A stretch of DNA of 64,000 nucleotides from Candidatus Omnitrophota bacterium (GTDB taxonomy: Bacteria; Omnitrophota; Gorgyraeia; JAZDFF01): assembly GCA_043808095.1 (NCBI GenBank), contig JAZDFF010000024.1:7868-71867 (forward strand), given 5' to 3'. Each line of letters starts with the position of its first letter. The first letter of the stretch is position 1. This document shows, piece by piece, positions 46,156 to 56,900 of this stretch. The notes below the pieces were generated by a model that worked only from the letters and a program-made list of their open reading frames with translations, was not told where the DNA came from and searched no databases. Made by a program: the position numbers and the translations under genes.

Positions 46156-46256
46156 GCTCCTTTAATGAACAGACAATTTATGCCTGCCTCACCGGCAGGC
46201 GGGGATTTCACAGATAAATTCACTTTTGGTAATCCATGCCCCCAGAAATTGCAATT

Positions 46257-47165
46257 TTAAGAATTTTTCTCTTCCGAGAGCGATTTAGCCGTAATCATCT
46301 CCAAGGCCAGGAGATATTTTTCGCTTGTCTTACGCACTATATCTTCGGGTAATTCCGGGGCCGGGGGAGTCTTATTCCAGTCTAACGTCTCCAAATAATC
46401 CCGCACAAATTGCTTATCAAAACTCGGTTGCGGCCCACCCGCCCTGTATTCATCCTTCGGCCAAAAACGCGACGAGTCGGGCGTAAGCACCTCATCGATA
46501 AGAATAATCTCGCCGTCATAGATACCGAATTCAAATTTTGTGTCGGCAATGATTACGCCTTTAGTGTCGGCATGCCGGCTTGCCTTTTTATACAAGGCGA
46601 TACTTGCCTCTTTTAGTTTTTCTGTGACGCCTATTCCCAAATCTTTTTCGATAAACGCCTGCGTTACATTGATATCATGACCTGTCTCTTCTTTGGTTGC
46701 GGGGGTAAATATCGGCTGCGGTAACTTATCTGACTCGCAAAGACTTCCTGGCAACTTAATTCCGCATATAGATTGACTCTGTTGATATTCTTTCCAGCCT
46801 GAACCTGAAAGATATCCCCGCACGACGCACTCTACGGGTATAGGCTTGGCTTTCTTTACTAACATCGAGCGGCCTCTTAAAACATCTTTATACTTCTTTA
46901 ATCCCGGCGGAAAATCTTCGATCTTTGAGGAAATAAAATGGTTAGGGATAATGTCCTTGGTAAACTCAAACCAAAACAGGGAAAGCTGGGTTAAGACCTC
47001 TCCTTTATGCGGAATACAGGTGGGCAGTACGACGTCGAAACAGGATATCCTGTCCGTAGAAATAATCAGAAGTTTATCCTTTAGATCGTAGACATCCCGG
47101 ACCTTGCCTCTTTTGAAAAAATCGACATCCGTAAATCGGGTTATGCGTAACGGTTCGCCAACCAT
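46257..47165 (-). CDS. purC: phosphoribosylaminoimidazole-succinocarboxamide synthase
   Basis: GKVRDVYDL...[20 protein letters not shown] synthetase blocks. 302 aa (long form). Confidence 0.9.
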   Translation of the reverse strand: MVGEPLRITRFTDVDFFKRGKVRDVYDLKDKLLIISTDRISCFDVVLPTCIPHKGEVLTQLSLFWFEFTKDIIPNHFISSKIEDFPPGLKKYKDVLRGRSMLVKKAKPIPVECVVRGYLSGSGWKEYQQSQSICGIKLPGSLCESDKLPQPIFTPATKEETGHDINVTQAFIEKDLGIGVTEKLKEASIALYKKASRHADTKGVIIADTKFEFGIYDGEIILIDEVLTPDSSRFWPKDEYRAGGPQPSFDKQFVRDYLETLDWNKTPPAPELPEDIVRKTSEKYLLALEMITAKSLSEEKNS

Positions 47166-47232
47166 CTTAAACTCCTTTTCTCCCTCGCTAAAAGGGTATC
47201 AATCTCATACAATAAGTACGTGTCCCCGGAAT

Positions 47233-47748
47233 TTATCCAATCAGCACCAGGCCGAAATAATTCGCCTTGCATCTTATTGAATCCAGGGTATCGATTTTGA
47301 AACCGTTGTTGCGTACGGTTTTAAAAACATCTATTCCGCAGGCCTCCATAGAAGGCCTGGCATTTTCCCGATGCCGGCACTCGCCTTTTAAGTTACATTC
47401 CCGGCAAAATCTGCAAGGGCCTGCGCCCATACCCAGGGCTTTATAATATCCGGAAAAGAACGCCTCTTTTTCTATCTTCAGGACGATCTTTGAGATATCT
47501 ATTCTCGAGCCGCTCTGGCAATGGATGATGATTGCCTTCCTGAAAGAATCAAGTATCTTTTGCGTCTCGCTAGGCCCAGGCGAATATGGCGGGCAGGTAA
47601 AACACTCGCCAAATCCCGAGCAGCCAAATTGGCATTTGTATCTTACCCAGGAGGCGGTCTTCACGGTTTTGACCTCAATGACCTTACTGTCTTTTGCGCC
47701 TAACTCTACGGCCCTGTCTTTTAATTGCTCGATAGTCTTTCTGTACAT
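47233..47748 (-). CDS. DUF2284-domain metal-binding protein
   Basis: CQFGCSGFGECFTCPPYSPG and a second CRFCRECNLKGEC Cys cluster are characteristic of DUF2284. Confidence 0.65.
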   Translation of the reverse strand: MYRKTIEQLKDRAVELGAKDSKVIEVKTVKTASWVRYKCQFGCSGFGECFTCPPYSPGPSETQKILDSFRKAIIIHCQSGSRIDISKIVLKIEKEAFFSGYYKALGMGAGPCRFCRECNLKGECRHRENARPSMEACGIDVFKTVRNNGFKIDTLDSIRCKANYFGLVLIG

Positions 47749-47834
47749 AATTTTAAACCAGTGGCCAAGCTTGTCCTGAGCATAGTCGAAGGGTGGTCGA
47801 CTGTTTGAGTGAAAAAGTATGTGTCCCCGGAATT

Positions 47835-48680
47835 CTAACGCAGAGAAAAAGCTATCTCTACGGCAGATTCAATCTTAAAAGGGATAAAGATATCCGTATC
47901 AGGAATCTTCAGGTGGCCGGAGAGCTGAAATTTCAGGGGATTCCGTTTGATAATTTCGTTGCGTATCAATCTACTCCAGATATTTCCTATCCGGATTGAA
48001 TCTTTTATCTGGTTTGATTGCGAGCCCCCGAATAAAGTCCGGGTAAGTTTACTTCTGGCGATATCCTTACCTTCCAGGGTATATATGCGGATTACGCCGT
48101 CTTCAAGGACCAGGTCAATACTCAAGGGATTAGTTATACCCAGGATAAATTCAATAGATGAGTTCCCCAAAATGGTGGAATCAAGTTTTGAGGAAAAAGC
48201 AACATAAAGAGGCCGGACTATAATTTCTTTCAGGGCCTTAAGATGCAGCACCGCGACATTGCTTTCAATTGGGATATGCAGGCCTAACTTTTTATAAGTA
48301 AAACCGGTGCGCATGAATACGGTTATGCTTTTATTGTTTAATACCGCCAAACCGAGATGAATGGATACCGGGGCTTCTAACTCCTGCTTAGATGTTACGC
48401 TCTTGGCTTTCCAGTCTAAAGTGTCTTGCGTCAAAATAACTCCGTTTTCATTCTGAATCTCCAGGTATATCTTCTCCAAATCAAGCGAGCTTTCCGTGGG
48501 GTTCTGGATGACTATTTTTCCCGAGACGATAATTTTGTTATTTTTCAGAGAGGGCTCAAGGTGAGCAATAATCTGAGGTATTTTAAAACTATTTTTACCG
48601 ACAACTAATTTCACAAGCGAAGCGCAGCCGCAGATAATAAACGCGGCCAAAATTACCGAGAAAATGGAGCCCACCCGAGC
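47835..48680 (-). CDS. hypothetical secreted/lipoprotein-like protein
   Basis: Signal-peptide-like ...SIFSVILAAFIICGCAS. No homology recognised. The ORF-track N-terminal 45 aa (to 48809) are Arg/Ala-rich and fall in a GC-rich repeat element; the real start is probably GTG near 48675. Confidence 0.4.
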   Translation of the reverse strand, partial: ARVGSIFSVILAAFIICGCASLVKLVVGKNSFKIPQIIAHLEPSLKNNKIIVSGKIVIQNPTESSLDLEKIYLEIQNENGVILTQDTLDWKAKSVTSKQELEAPVSIHLGLAVLNNKSITVFMRTGFTYKKLGLHIPIESNVAVLHLKALKEIIVRPLYVAFSSKLDSTILGNSSIEFILGITNPLSIDLVLEDGVIRIYTLEGKDIARSKLTRTLFGGSQSNQIKDSIRIGNIWSRLIRNEIIKRNPLKFQLSGHLKIPDTDIFIPFKIESAVEIAFSLR

Positions 48681-48835
48681 TAAAGCCCGGGGTTCCAAAG
48701 GCGGAATACTCAAGCGGCCACATCTTATCCGCGCCCTAGCCCCCGCAGGGGGCATGGGCGCGGTTTTCAGGCCGCGGAGTACAAAAATTATTTTCTTCTT
48801 AAATTTCATGGAATACCCCGGGCAGCTGGTCTAAC

Positions 48836-49240
48836 TTATAATTCAAAATCAAGAAGTTTTGCCATAAGCACGGTTTCAAGATAATCAAGATCTAGAGGCT
48901 TGATGATATAATCATACGCCCCCAGCTCAAGGCACTTATTTCCTGTCTTCTCCTCTTTTACCGCGGTAATCATCACAATACCGACTTCCTTGTCAATCTC
49001 TCTTATCCTTTTTAATGCCTCTATCCCGCCCATCCCCGGCATCCGGATATCTAAAAGCACTATATGCGGCCGTTCTTCTTTTACTTTTATTAAAGCCTGC
49101 TCGCCGCTTTGAACACTGGATGCCTCATAGCCTTTCTTAGCTAAAAACTTTTCTAACATATCACATATCGGCTTCTCGTCATCTACTATCAGGATCTTTT
49201 TCATCATACTCCCCGCTTTATACAACAGGCAATTTGACAA
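48836..49240 (-). CDS. single-domain response regulator (CheY-like receiver)
   Basis: KKILIVDDEKPI...LLDIRMPGMGG...ITAV receiver motifs. Likely start is MMKKI (49207) with GGGGAG SD. Confidence 0.8.
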   Translation of the reverse strand: MSNCLLYKAGSMMKKILIVDDEKPICDMLEKFLAKKGYEASSVQSGEQALIKVKEERPHIVLLDIRMPGMGGIEALKRIREIDKEVGIVMITAVKEEKTGNKCLELGAYDYIIKPLDLDYLETVLMAKLLDFEL

Positions 49241-50453
49241 TAAAAGTAGAACCCTTGCCTAATTTACTCTTTACCTCAATAGCCCCTCTGCATTTCTCGA
49301 TTATTCCGTAACAGACAAAAAGACCCAATCCCGTGCCTCTTTCCTTGGTAGTAAAGAACGGTTCAAATACTCTCATCAAAGCCTCTTCATCCATCCCTTC
49401 TCCCGTATCCTTAATTTCTATAACCACTATTTTTTCTTGGGGTTTAAATTTATCCGTCCTTCTTCTTCCGTAATCAGTTATTATTTCGCTGTAGGTTCTT
49501 ACGGTGAGGATCCCTCCGTTTTTCATTGCCTGAACCGCATTTAACATTATATTCAAGAATACTTCCTGGAGCTGATTCTCATATGCTAAGGGCTTAGGTA
49601 GATTAGCGTCCAATTCTTTTTTTATCTTTATCTTATCTAGTTTTGCCTGAAATGTCAGAAGAGAGATAGATTTCTCGATATCTTGATTTACATCTGTAGG
49701 CCTGTACTCGACTTCTTTCTGCCGGGAAAATTCTAAAAGGCTTCCGGTGATTTCTTTAATCCTGTTTGCCTGCTCTAATATTATTTTTGAAGCTTCTTTC
49801 GCCTCTTTATCATTGTTGTCTTGTAACATCCGGGCCTCGCCCGAGATGACAGATAAAGGATTATTTATATCATGGGCCACGCCCGCCGCTAAAACCCCGA
49901 CCGAAGCCATTTTGGCTGACTGGATTAATTGCTGCTGGGTCTGTTTGAGCTTTTCATAGGCATTTTTTAATTCTTCCTCGGACTTCTTGCGTTCGGTAAT
50001 ATCACGCATCACTCCCTGTATCGCAACAATCTCGCCCTCTTCCATTATAGGCTGGGCGTTGACTTCAATTAACACAAGCCGGCCGCGGTTGTCTATCTGA
50101 TTTATCTCAAATGGCTTAACTGCCTCGCCTTGAAGAATCATGTTTATCACTTCCAAGGCCTTCGGCACTTCGTTTAGGGGTGTGGTTTTCTTAAGATGCT
50201 TGCCGATAAGTTCTTCGGCTTTATAGCCATAAAGTTTCTCAACCCCCGGACTCACATACTCAATAACACCCAGGGGAGAAAGCTGAAAAATCACATCATT
50301 GATATTCTCTAATATCATCTTCGATTTCTTCTGCCAGACCAATAATGAATCTTGGGCCCACTTGTGCTGTGCCTCTAATTTTTCAAGCTCCTTAATCCGT
50401 TTCTTTAAAGAATCAATTTGCTCTCTTGAATTTTTGCCTGAGTCTTTATCCAT
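49218..50453 (-). CDS. PAS-domain sensor histidine kinase
   Basis: PAS-like region. H-box AHDINNPLSVISGEARML. ATPase G-box GTGLGLFVCYGIIE. Confidence 0.8.
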   Translation of the reverse strand: MDKDSGKNSREQIDSLKKRIKELEKLEAQHKWAQDSLLVWQKKSKMILENINDVIFQLSPLGVIEYVSPGVEKLYGYKAEELIGKHLKKTTPLNEVPKALEVINMILQGEAVKPFEINQIDNRGRLVLIEVNAQPIMEEGEIVAIQGVMRDITERKKSEEELKNAYEKLKQTQQQLIQSAKMASVGVLAAGVAHDINNPLSVISGEARMLQDNNDKEAKEASKIILEQANRIKEITGSLLEFSRQKEVEYRPTDVNQDIEKSISLLTFQAKLDKIKIKKELDANLPKPLAYENQLQEVFLNIMLNAVQAMKNGGILTVRTYSEIITDYGRRRTDKFKPQEKIVVIEIKDTGEGMDEEALMRVFEPFFTTKERGTGLGLFVCYGIIEKCRGAIEVKSKLGKGSTFIVKLPVV

Positions 50454-50518
50454 AGTTTTATCTTTCTGAAAAATCAGCGGCCGAGCTTGCCCTGAGCGAC
50501 TTGTGGTGAGTCCCTCGA

Positions 50519-51610
50519 CTACGCTCGGGATAAACGCAGTCGAACTAAGTCGAAGGGTGAAAAAGTGCGTGCACCCGCAGCTAAATACTCTTGTGTATAC
50601 TTTATGATATTATTCATCATCGCCACCGTCTCAACCGGATATCTTCCCACGGCTGATTCTGCCGAAAGCATGACGAAGTCGGTGCCGTCTATGATGGCAT
50701 TGGCAACGTCGCTCACCTCTGCGCGCGTAGGTCGGAAGTTTTCAGTCATACTTTCAAGCATTTGAGTGGCGGTTATAACAAACTTTCCCTGGCGGTTACA
50801 CTTTTTGATTATCATCTTCTGGATGACGGGAATTTCATAGATAGGAAGCGACACCCCCATATCTCCGCGCGCAATCATAATGCCGCTTGAGGCATCAATT
50901 ATCTCATCAATATTCTTTATGCCTTCTTTGTTTTCTATCTTAGAAATAACCTGGCACGCCGAACCTCTTTTAAGCAGCCTCCTTACCTCAAGGATATCCT
51001 GCTTTGTACGCACAAACGACTGGGCGATATATTCGACGCCGTGCTTTTGGCAGAAGAGTATGTCCTGTTTGTCCTTTGCGCTTATGCCTTTAAACTCAAG
51101 CCTTGCCCCGGGAATATTGATGCCCTTGTGTGGCTTTAGGACGCCTTCGATTATGACCCTGGTCTTCAGGCCATTCTTAACATAACCTTCCACTTCCAGG
51201 CAGATGTTGCCGTCATCAATAAATATCTGCCGGCCCTTTTTTATATCGCTTAAAGAGCCCTGATAATCAAATGGGATTATTGAATTGGCGCCTTTTATAC
51301 CCTCCTGGGTAAGCAAGATTATCTGGTGCTTTTTTAGCGTAAGCGGGACGCCCCCTGCAAGATCCCCCACCCTGATACGATGTCCTTCTAAATCTCCGAG
51401 TATCTTTATGCGCCTTCTGTATTTTGCATTTAATCTGCGGATTAGGTTTATCCTTAGAAGCCGTTCCTGCGGCTTCCCGTGGGAAAAATTAAGGCGCGCA
51501 ACATCCATACCGGCAAGCATCATCTTTCTGAGCACTGTCTCGCTCGATGAGGCCGGACCCAAAGTACAGATTATTTTAGTCTTTACCATAGAGCTATTGA
51601 AAAATGACAA
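50519..51610 (-). CDS. pyk: pyruvate kinase (barrel domain; C-terminal allosteric domain apparently absent)
   Basis: [14 protein letters not shown]...[11 protein letters not shown]-terminal PK signature. 363 aa. The last ~20 codons lie inside a GC-rich repeat element (50455-50585). Confidence 0.75.
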   Translation of the reverse strand: MSFFNSSMVKTKIICTLGPASSSETVLRKMMLAGMDVARLNFSHGKPQERLLRINLIRRLNAKYRRRIKILGDLEGHRIRVGDLAGGVPLTLKKHQIILLTQEGIKGANSIIPFDYQGSLSDIKKGRQIFIDDGNICLEVEGYVKNGLKTRVIIEGVLKPHKGINIPGARLEFKGISAKDKQDILFCQKHGVEYIAQSFVRTKQDILEVRRLLKRGSACQVISKIENKEGIKNIDEIIDASSGIMIARGDMGVSLPIYEIPVIQKMIIKKCNRQGKFVITATQMLESMTENFRPTRAEVSDVANAIIDGTDFVMLSAESAVGRYPVETVAMMNNIIKYTQEYLAAGARTFSPFDLVRLRLSRA

Positions 51611-51748
51611 CCGATTTGTAAAACAGTGACCTAGTGAAAAAGTGCGTGTCTCGGGAAGTTAGATATCAGATACTAGATGCCGGATACCAGATAACAAGAT
51701 ACTAACTTTTAAGACAAGCGGCGATACAAAAAAACAAGCCCGTCCCCA

Positions 51749-52114
51749 CTATGCCGCATAAATCAACGCTACACCCAACACCAAAACCAGAAGCCCCATG
51801 CAACGCAGGACCAAATCCGACTGCTTCTCGTACCAGGAAATTATCTTTTTTACCTTCTCTATTCCCAGGACAAGGAGTAAGGCCCCTTTTATCAGGGCCC
51901 AGATTCCCAGAATAACCACCACCACCGGCAGTCTGCATTTAGGGGCGGCAGCCAAGAGAGCTATACCTATAATAAAGCTCAAAACCCCGCCTATTTTTAA
52001 ATTCTTAGCTCGGCTCCAGAAGCCAATCATTCCCCTGATAAACTTGGGGCGAATACTAATCATCAACCCCATCACTGCCATATAAAACGCCACCAACCAG
52101 ACTAAAACCTGCAT
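51749..52114 (-). CDS. small 4-TM membrane protein, function unknown
   Basis: Strong AGGAGGAG SD. Four hydrophobic helices. The overlapping 78-aa ORF (51702-51938) in a Gly-rich frame is probably spurious. Confidence 0.4.
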   Translation of the reverse strand: MQVLVWLVAFYMAVMGLMISIRPKFIRGMIGFWSRAKNLKIGGVLSFIIGIALLAAAPKCRLPVVVVILGIWALIKGALLLVLGIEKVKKIISWYEKQSDLVLRCMGLLVLVLGVALIYAA

Positions 52115-52261
52115 CGCTCCTCCTTTCTAAAATGTTCAGCCCTTCATTAAATTCATTCAGGGCTGTTGATTACGGTGATTTTTAATAAGATTACAGAAAT
52201 TAGTCCCTAGAAATATTAAGCATCCTCTCTATTTATGGCCTAAATAACAAAAATAGAGATA

Positions 52262-53554
52262 TCAATTTTGATTGAACTTTTTATTTATGAGTTCAAATAA
52301 TCTATCCTTTACTGCTTTAAATGCCTGCGGCATCGGGGAGGCCGCGGGAAAACCCTGATAGAATACCCTTTTTTCCGCATCTGCAATTTTTACGGATATC
52401 TTATGCAGGTAATATCTCTGACTTTCTCCTGCCCCGCCATAGGTAGTCTCTAATTCCATAAACCCCGCCTGGTTTATTAAACCGATTAAATCGCTGACTT
52501 CGTCTGCTGAAAGGGTCGTTTTTATGGTCCTTAAGTCTTCTCTGTCCCAACAAGGGGCCTGTCTCATCCATTGTTTACACTTGCCGTCTTTGTCTTCAAA
52601 ATAGGTGTAGGATAATTGTGCCTGATTTATTTCGATGTCTTTATAAATAAGTTCCGAAGAAAAGTAATAGCTGACAGAAAATTGCTCGGCTGACTTTTCC
52701 TGCATGGCTTTTAAATGACCGGATATCCGGGTCTCTGCGCTGGGAAGCGCATTTAAGTCTTCTACTATCAGCCGAATATCCGCAGGCAATTTCATCCCCA
52801 GGAGCTTAAAGGGAAAACACATCTCCACAAAATCGCCTCCAAAGGCGATATAGGCGGGTTTATCATAACTTGCCCGATTTCCGCCGGCTAACTCCTCATA
52901 CTCGCAATTAAAGGTGGTGCCGTAATCTGCCTCCTGCTCATTATAGCTTTTTATCTTCTCAATCTGATACCAGGCAGCGGGTCTAATCTCTTCTATAGGA
53001 GCGCCTTCTTTCTTAACAAATCCTTCGGGCAGGTATATGCGCCAGTCCCAGCCGGGATATACGTCCTTTATGTGTCTTCTGGCCCCGGTTGCGCTACTGC
53101 CGTCGGCATCCAGATATAGGTATCCGATATGACCGGTGGTCTGTTTCTTGTCAAAACGTTCCTTAACGCCGGGTTTAATTTCCAGCAGAAGAAAAAGATT
53201 CTGGACATCGTAAGCCAGGCGCACTGATTTTATCCGCCTGGTATCTTCAAACATAGGCATGTTATATATATTTGACCACTCGAGATTCTCTAAAGGACTA
53301 ATCCCGGCTGCCTGCCAATCAGCGATATCGCCATCAATAATGATAGCACCCGATGCTAGGTCTTTGATATCTTTATAGACAACCTCATCCATAACCTTGG
53401 CCGCTGAGGTTCTTGACTCTTCTTTGACAGGTTGATAACTTCCTCTTTTGACAGGCTGATAACCTCGTCTTGGAAATAACCAGATAGACAATACCCCTGC
53501 CAAAATAATAATGCTGATTAAGAATATCTTCGTCTTTTTCATAAAAATCCTCAC
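52262..53554 (-). CDS. hypothetical secreted protein
   Basis: N-terminal signal/TM (IFLISIIILAGVLSIWLF). No homology recognised. Confidence 0.4.
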   Translation of the reverse strand: MRIFMKKTKIFLISIIILAGVLSIWLFPRRGYQPVKRGSYQPVKEESRTSAAKVMDEVVYKDIKDLASGAIIIDGDIADWQAAGISPLENLEWSNIYNMPMFEDTRRIKSVRLAYDVQNLFLLLEIKPGVKERFDKKQTTGHIGYLYLDADGSSATGARRHIKDVYPGWDWRIYLPEGFVKKEGAPIEEIRPAAWYQIEKIKSYNEQEADYGTTFNCEYEELAGGNRASYDKPAYIAFGGDFVEMCFPFKLLGMKLPADIRLIVEDLNALPSAETRISGHLKAMQEKSAEQFSVSYYFSSELIYKDIEINQAQLSYTYFEDKDGKCKQWMRQAPCWDREDLRTIKTTLSADEVSDLIGLINQAGFMELETTYGGAGESQRYYLHKISVKIADAEKRVFYQGFPAASPMPQAFKAVKDRLFELINKKFNQN

Positions 53555-53612
53555 TGTTTAGAAGGCCTTATTGCCTGGGCTTTCCCAACCCCCGCAGCCA
53601 CCTGTCTATCAG

Positions 53613-53922
53613 GGCAATTCCGGGGACACGTACCTTTTTCAATTCCGTGCAATTCCGGGGACACGTACCTTTTTAAACTCTCTTCCTTCCTCAAAATAAT
53701 GAACCTGGCGATATTTCGAGCGAATGGAGATTTTAGCCAAGGAAGCTTGAGCATTTTCGGGAATCCAAACGCGGAAGCATTTGGATGGCGAGGATGTTTG
53801 AGCTCGTCCTGGGGCGGAAGCCCCGACGAGCGAGTTCCGCAGCCACCGAAAATGCGAAAGACCCTTGGCGTGCCCCAAAGGGGCAAAATCGACCCTGAGC
53901 GAGAAAGTCGCCAGGTTCATTA
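53613..53922. repeat. GC-rich intergenic element with two tandem copies of the conserved 24-nt motif (minus orientation) and 17-bp terminal inverted repeats
   Basis: caattccggggacacgtaccttttt at 53615-53640 and 53650-53677. aataatgaacctggcga (53696-53712) is the exact reverse complement of tcgccaggttcattatt (53908-53924). Flanked by an imperfect ~38-bp direct repeat (53571-53612 versus 53925-53962). Confidence 0.6.
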
Positions 53923-56900
53923 TTTAGGCTTTCCCAACCCCCTCAACCAACTGTCTATTGCCCCCTGGATCTGACCTATTTTTTCAAAAATTGCACCAGT
54001 AACTTTTTGTTTTGCCTCTTGTTCTAACTTTTCTTTCGTTAACTTCTCCACGTGCAAAGAGGCAGTCATCACATTATTGGTTTCGTTAGTCTCTTTAATG
54101 ATGTCTTTGCCGTCTACCCTGGCCTCTATGGTATGATCACCGGCGATTAATGCCGGTAATGTCGCGGATATCTTGATTTCCTGGCCCGGGTCTAATATCG
54201 GCACTACCTTAACATAGACAGGTTTTGTACCACTGGGGCCAATAGTACACAAAACCCCACGCAATATATCCTGGCCGATATTCTTGACTGAAGCCTGGGC
54301 AGTAACCGGCTCTCCCTGCAGGCAGGAGGTCTTGCTCAAAGAGAAATTCGTCACCGCCACATCCTTGTAGCCTGTGCCGAGAATACCAGGCTTGACCTTT
54401 ATTTTGACTGTAGCCGCATTATTATTTTCATCTTTCTCAGGAATGGCTTTTTTGGCATCCACCATAAACTTAACAGTACAGTCGCCGCTTTTTGAAAATG
54501 TATGTCTGAAGGTAACGGTCCTTTCGCTGTTCGCGTAAAAATCGCCCAAGGCCTGGCCGGCTTCAAGCTCATCGTCAATAAGCATATCCAGGTCCGCGCC
54601 CCAGACGGTAATGCCGCAATTATTGTGCACCGTAACTTCAAAGGTCACCGGTAAATCCGTAGTCGGCTCTTTGTTACTTACTTTAATATCCTTGTCAATC
54701 GACAGGTCCGCGTCTTTGCCGCTAAAATATATCTGGGAGGTAACTTCTCCGGACACATTGAAATATTTCTCTAACTTATTATTATATTCGTCGGTCTCGG
54801 CAATCGCGCCTTGAGGATCAACCAAGACCGTCAGTTTATAATCGGCAGGATATACCCCTTTATAATCCACAATAATGGAAGCTCCGCCTTCCTGTCCGAC
54901 CGAAGGAATTACCTTTGCGCCTTTTCGATAACCGTGGCCGGCCGTGACGTCATTTAAAGCCAGGTTCCAGAACTCATATTCCACCCTGACATTTTTGGCC
55001 TCCACCAGATTAGGATTGCCGATGACAATAGTAATGGCACGGGTTTCACCCACCTCCAAAGGACGGTCTAAATTTACCACGTCAGCCACAATTAAATCTG
55101 ACGCCTCGGCGCGGATATTGCGCGGCGGCTCATAGGCATGGTAAGTGCCGAAATGAAAATCCTTGGTGTTATTTTTCTCATCCGTTTCCGGGATTTTGTT
55201 GTCTTTGTCCACGATTAGTTGCATTTTACAGTTATTGCATAGCTCTTTATCCAATTTAACTACTTTAAGTTCATGCGAGCGGATATCCCCCAAATTTTTG
55301 GAGTAACCCGCAACCGGCTTTTCCGTATACGAATGATATTCAAGCGCATCCAGATTCAACTGCTTTGCGGTTTGGCTGCCCCGGTTGTAAACCTTTGCCG
55401 TGATATTCGGGCCCACTCCCCCATAGGAGGCAGCATCCAGTACCACATCTATTCCCTGCACACCCGGCATCAGCGTGCCGACGGAAATTGACTTTTCGGC
55501 AGTTACTAATTCCTGACCGCCTGCCTCCAGCACCACCTTAAAGGTGTGGGTGCCGCCGCGCACAGTCCAGAGGATAGGTTCGCTACTACCTAAACCCACG
55601 CCCTGGTTTTCTCCAGGCGCCACACTAAGCCTGACAGTCTTAATCAGCTCCCCGTCCACAAAAATCTTGGCAATAGCATCTTCCTTTGCGCCTTTATTGG
55701 TGACGCTAAAATAAAATTTCAGCTGCTCGCCGATTTTTGGCGAATCGCTGCTAAGCATCAGGCTATAAACAGGTATCTCCCAGGCATAATCCGGCAGTAA
55801 CACCTCTGCCCGGGCTTCTGCATGGTTATTCTTCTCATTAAAATCGCTTTTGCCCCTCAGGCCCCTTTCCACCTCGCACCTTAAGACGTAACTTCCTTTG
55901 TCCTGGGGCGTCCATTTAAAGGTCAGATTGGCCTCCTCGTTGGGTTTTAAATAGTGATTCAAACCCAGTCTCTGCTCGCTCACCTTTGCATTATTTACGA
56001 GGAGTTCAGCCACCGGATTCAAATCTTCGCTGTAGCCGATATTTTTGATGCGCACGCTGATGGTTACGGCCTTGCCCGCATAAATGCGCTGTGGCAAATC
56101 GTTAAATGCCACGGTTAGATCCGGGGCAATATTCAGGTTAATCGCCTCGCTGTATTTTTCATCATTATCGTAATTCCATTCATAGCTGCGTTTGTCCTCA
56201 TTGACCCTGACCAGAAACCTGTTACTGGTAAAGGGAAGTTTTGCCTTAACTTCAATCCTATGCGTTGCCCCGGCAGAAAGAGCCGGTAATTCCAGATTTT
56301 CTCCTACGGGCCGAAACGCGTTATTGTCTGAGACTGCTCCGATCTTAATGGAGGTCGGGCTGCTGGTAAGACCGCTGTCATTTTTGATTTGCGCGCTGAC
56401 TGTCACTTCGTCTCCAATACGCAAATCTTCGGCCTTCTTGTTAAGAGGCAGGGTTACTTCCACGGAACTTACTACCAGGTCCGGCCATTTCGGCACTTGG
56501 GGGTCAGGTATCATCTCTACCCGCGCTAATACCCCGGAACAAAAAGCCCGGTTAATCTTTACCTGCTGCAGGGTAATGGGTAATAATTTATGCAGGATCA
56601 CCCCAACCCAGTTTCTCTTTTCTTTGATTCTATCCCGATATTGAGCAACCTCAATGTTATCCCGAAGTAGCTCAAAAGTGCCTACCATATACCATCTTTC
56701 CTTGAGTTTCTTGTCCATCTTGGCCTTAAACTCCCGGACTATCTCTTCGTCGCTTTTCTGGTCCTTATACTCATTGACCAGGCTGGTAAGCTTAGGCATC
56801 ATCTCATCGTAAGATTTTATTTTCTCCTTAAGGAATTTCTTGAGGCCTGCAACTTGCTCCGGCGTAATCTTCATTTCAAACTCTTTCTTGGCCTCCTCTA

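Noticed and set aside
51702-51938. 78-aa Gly-rich ORF
   Set aside because: An alternative frame overlapping the better-supported 4-TM membrane protein gene (strong SD at 52115-52125). The Gly/Pro-rich composition is typical of a wrong frame.
53551-53920. 111-aa and 93-aa ORFs between the secreted protein and the large CARDB protein
   Set aside because: Both are confined to the GC-rich element. One of them simply translates the 24-nt motif (KKVRVPGI). They have no start context and are mutually overlapping.
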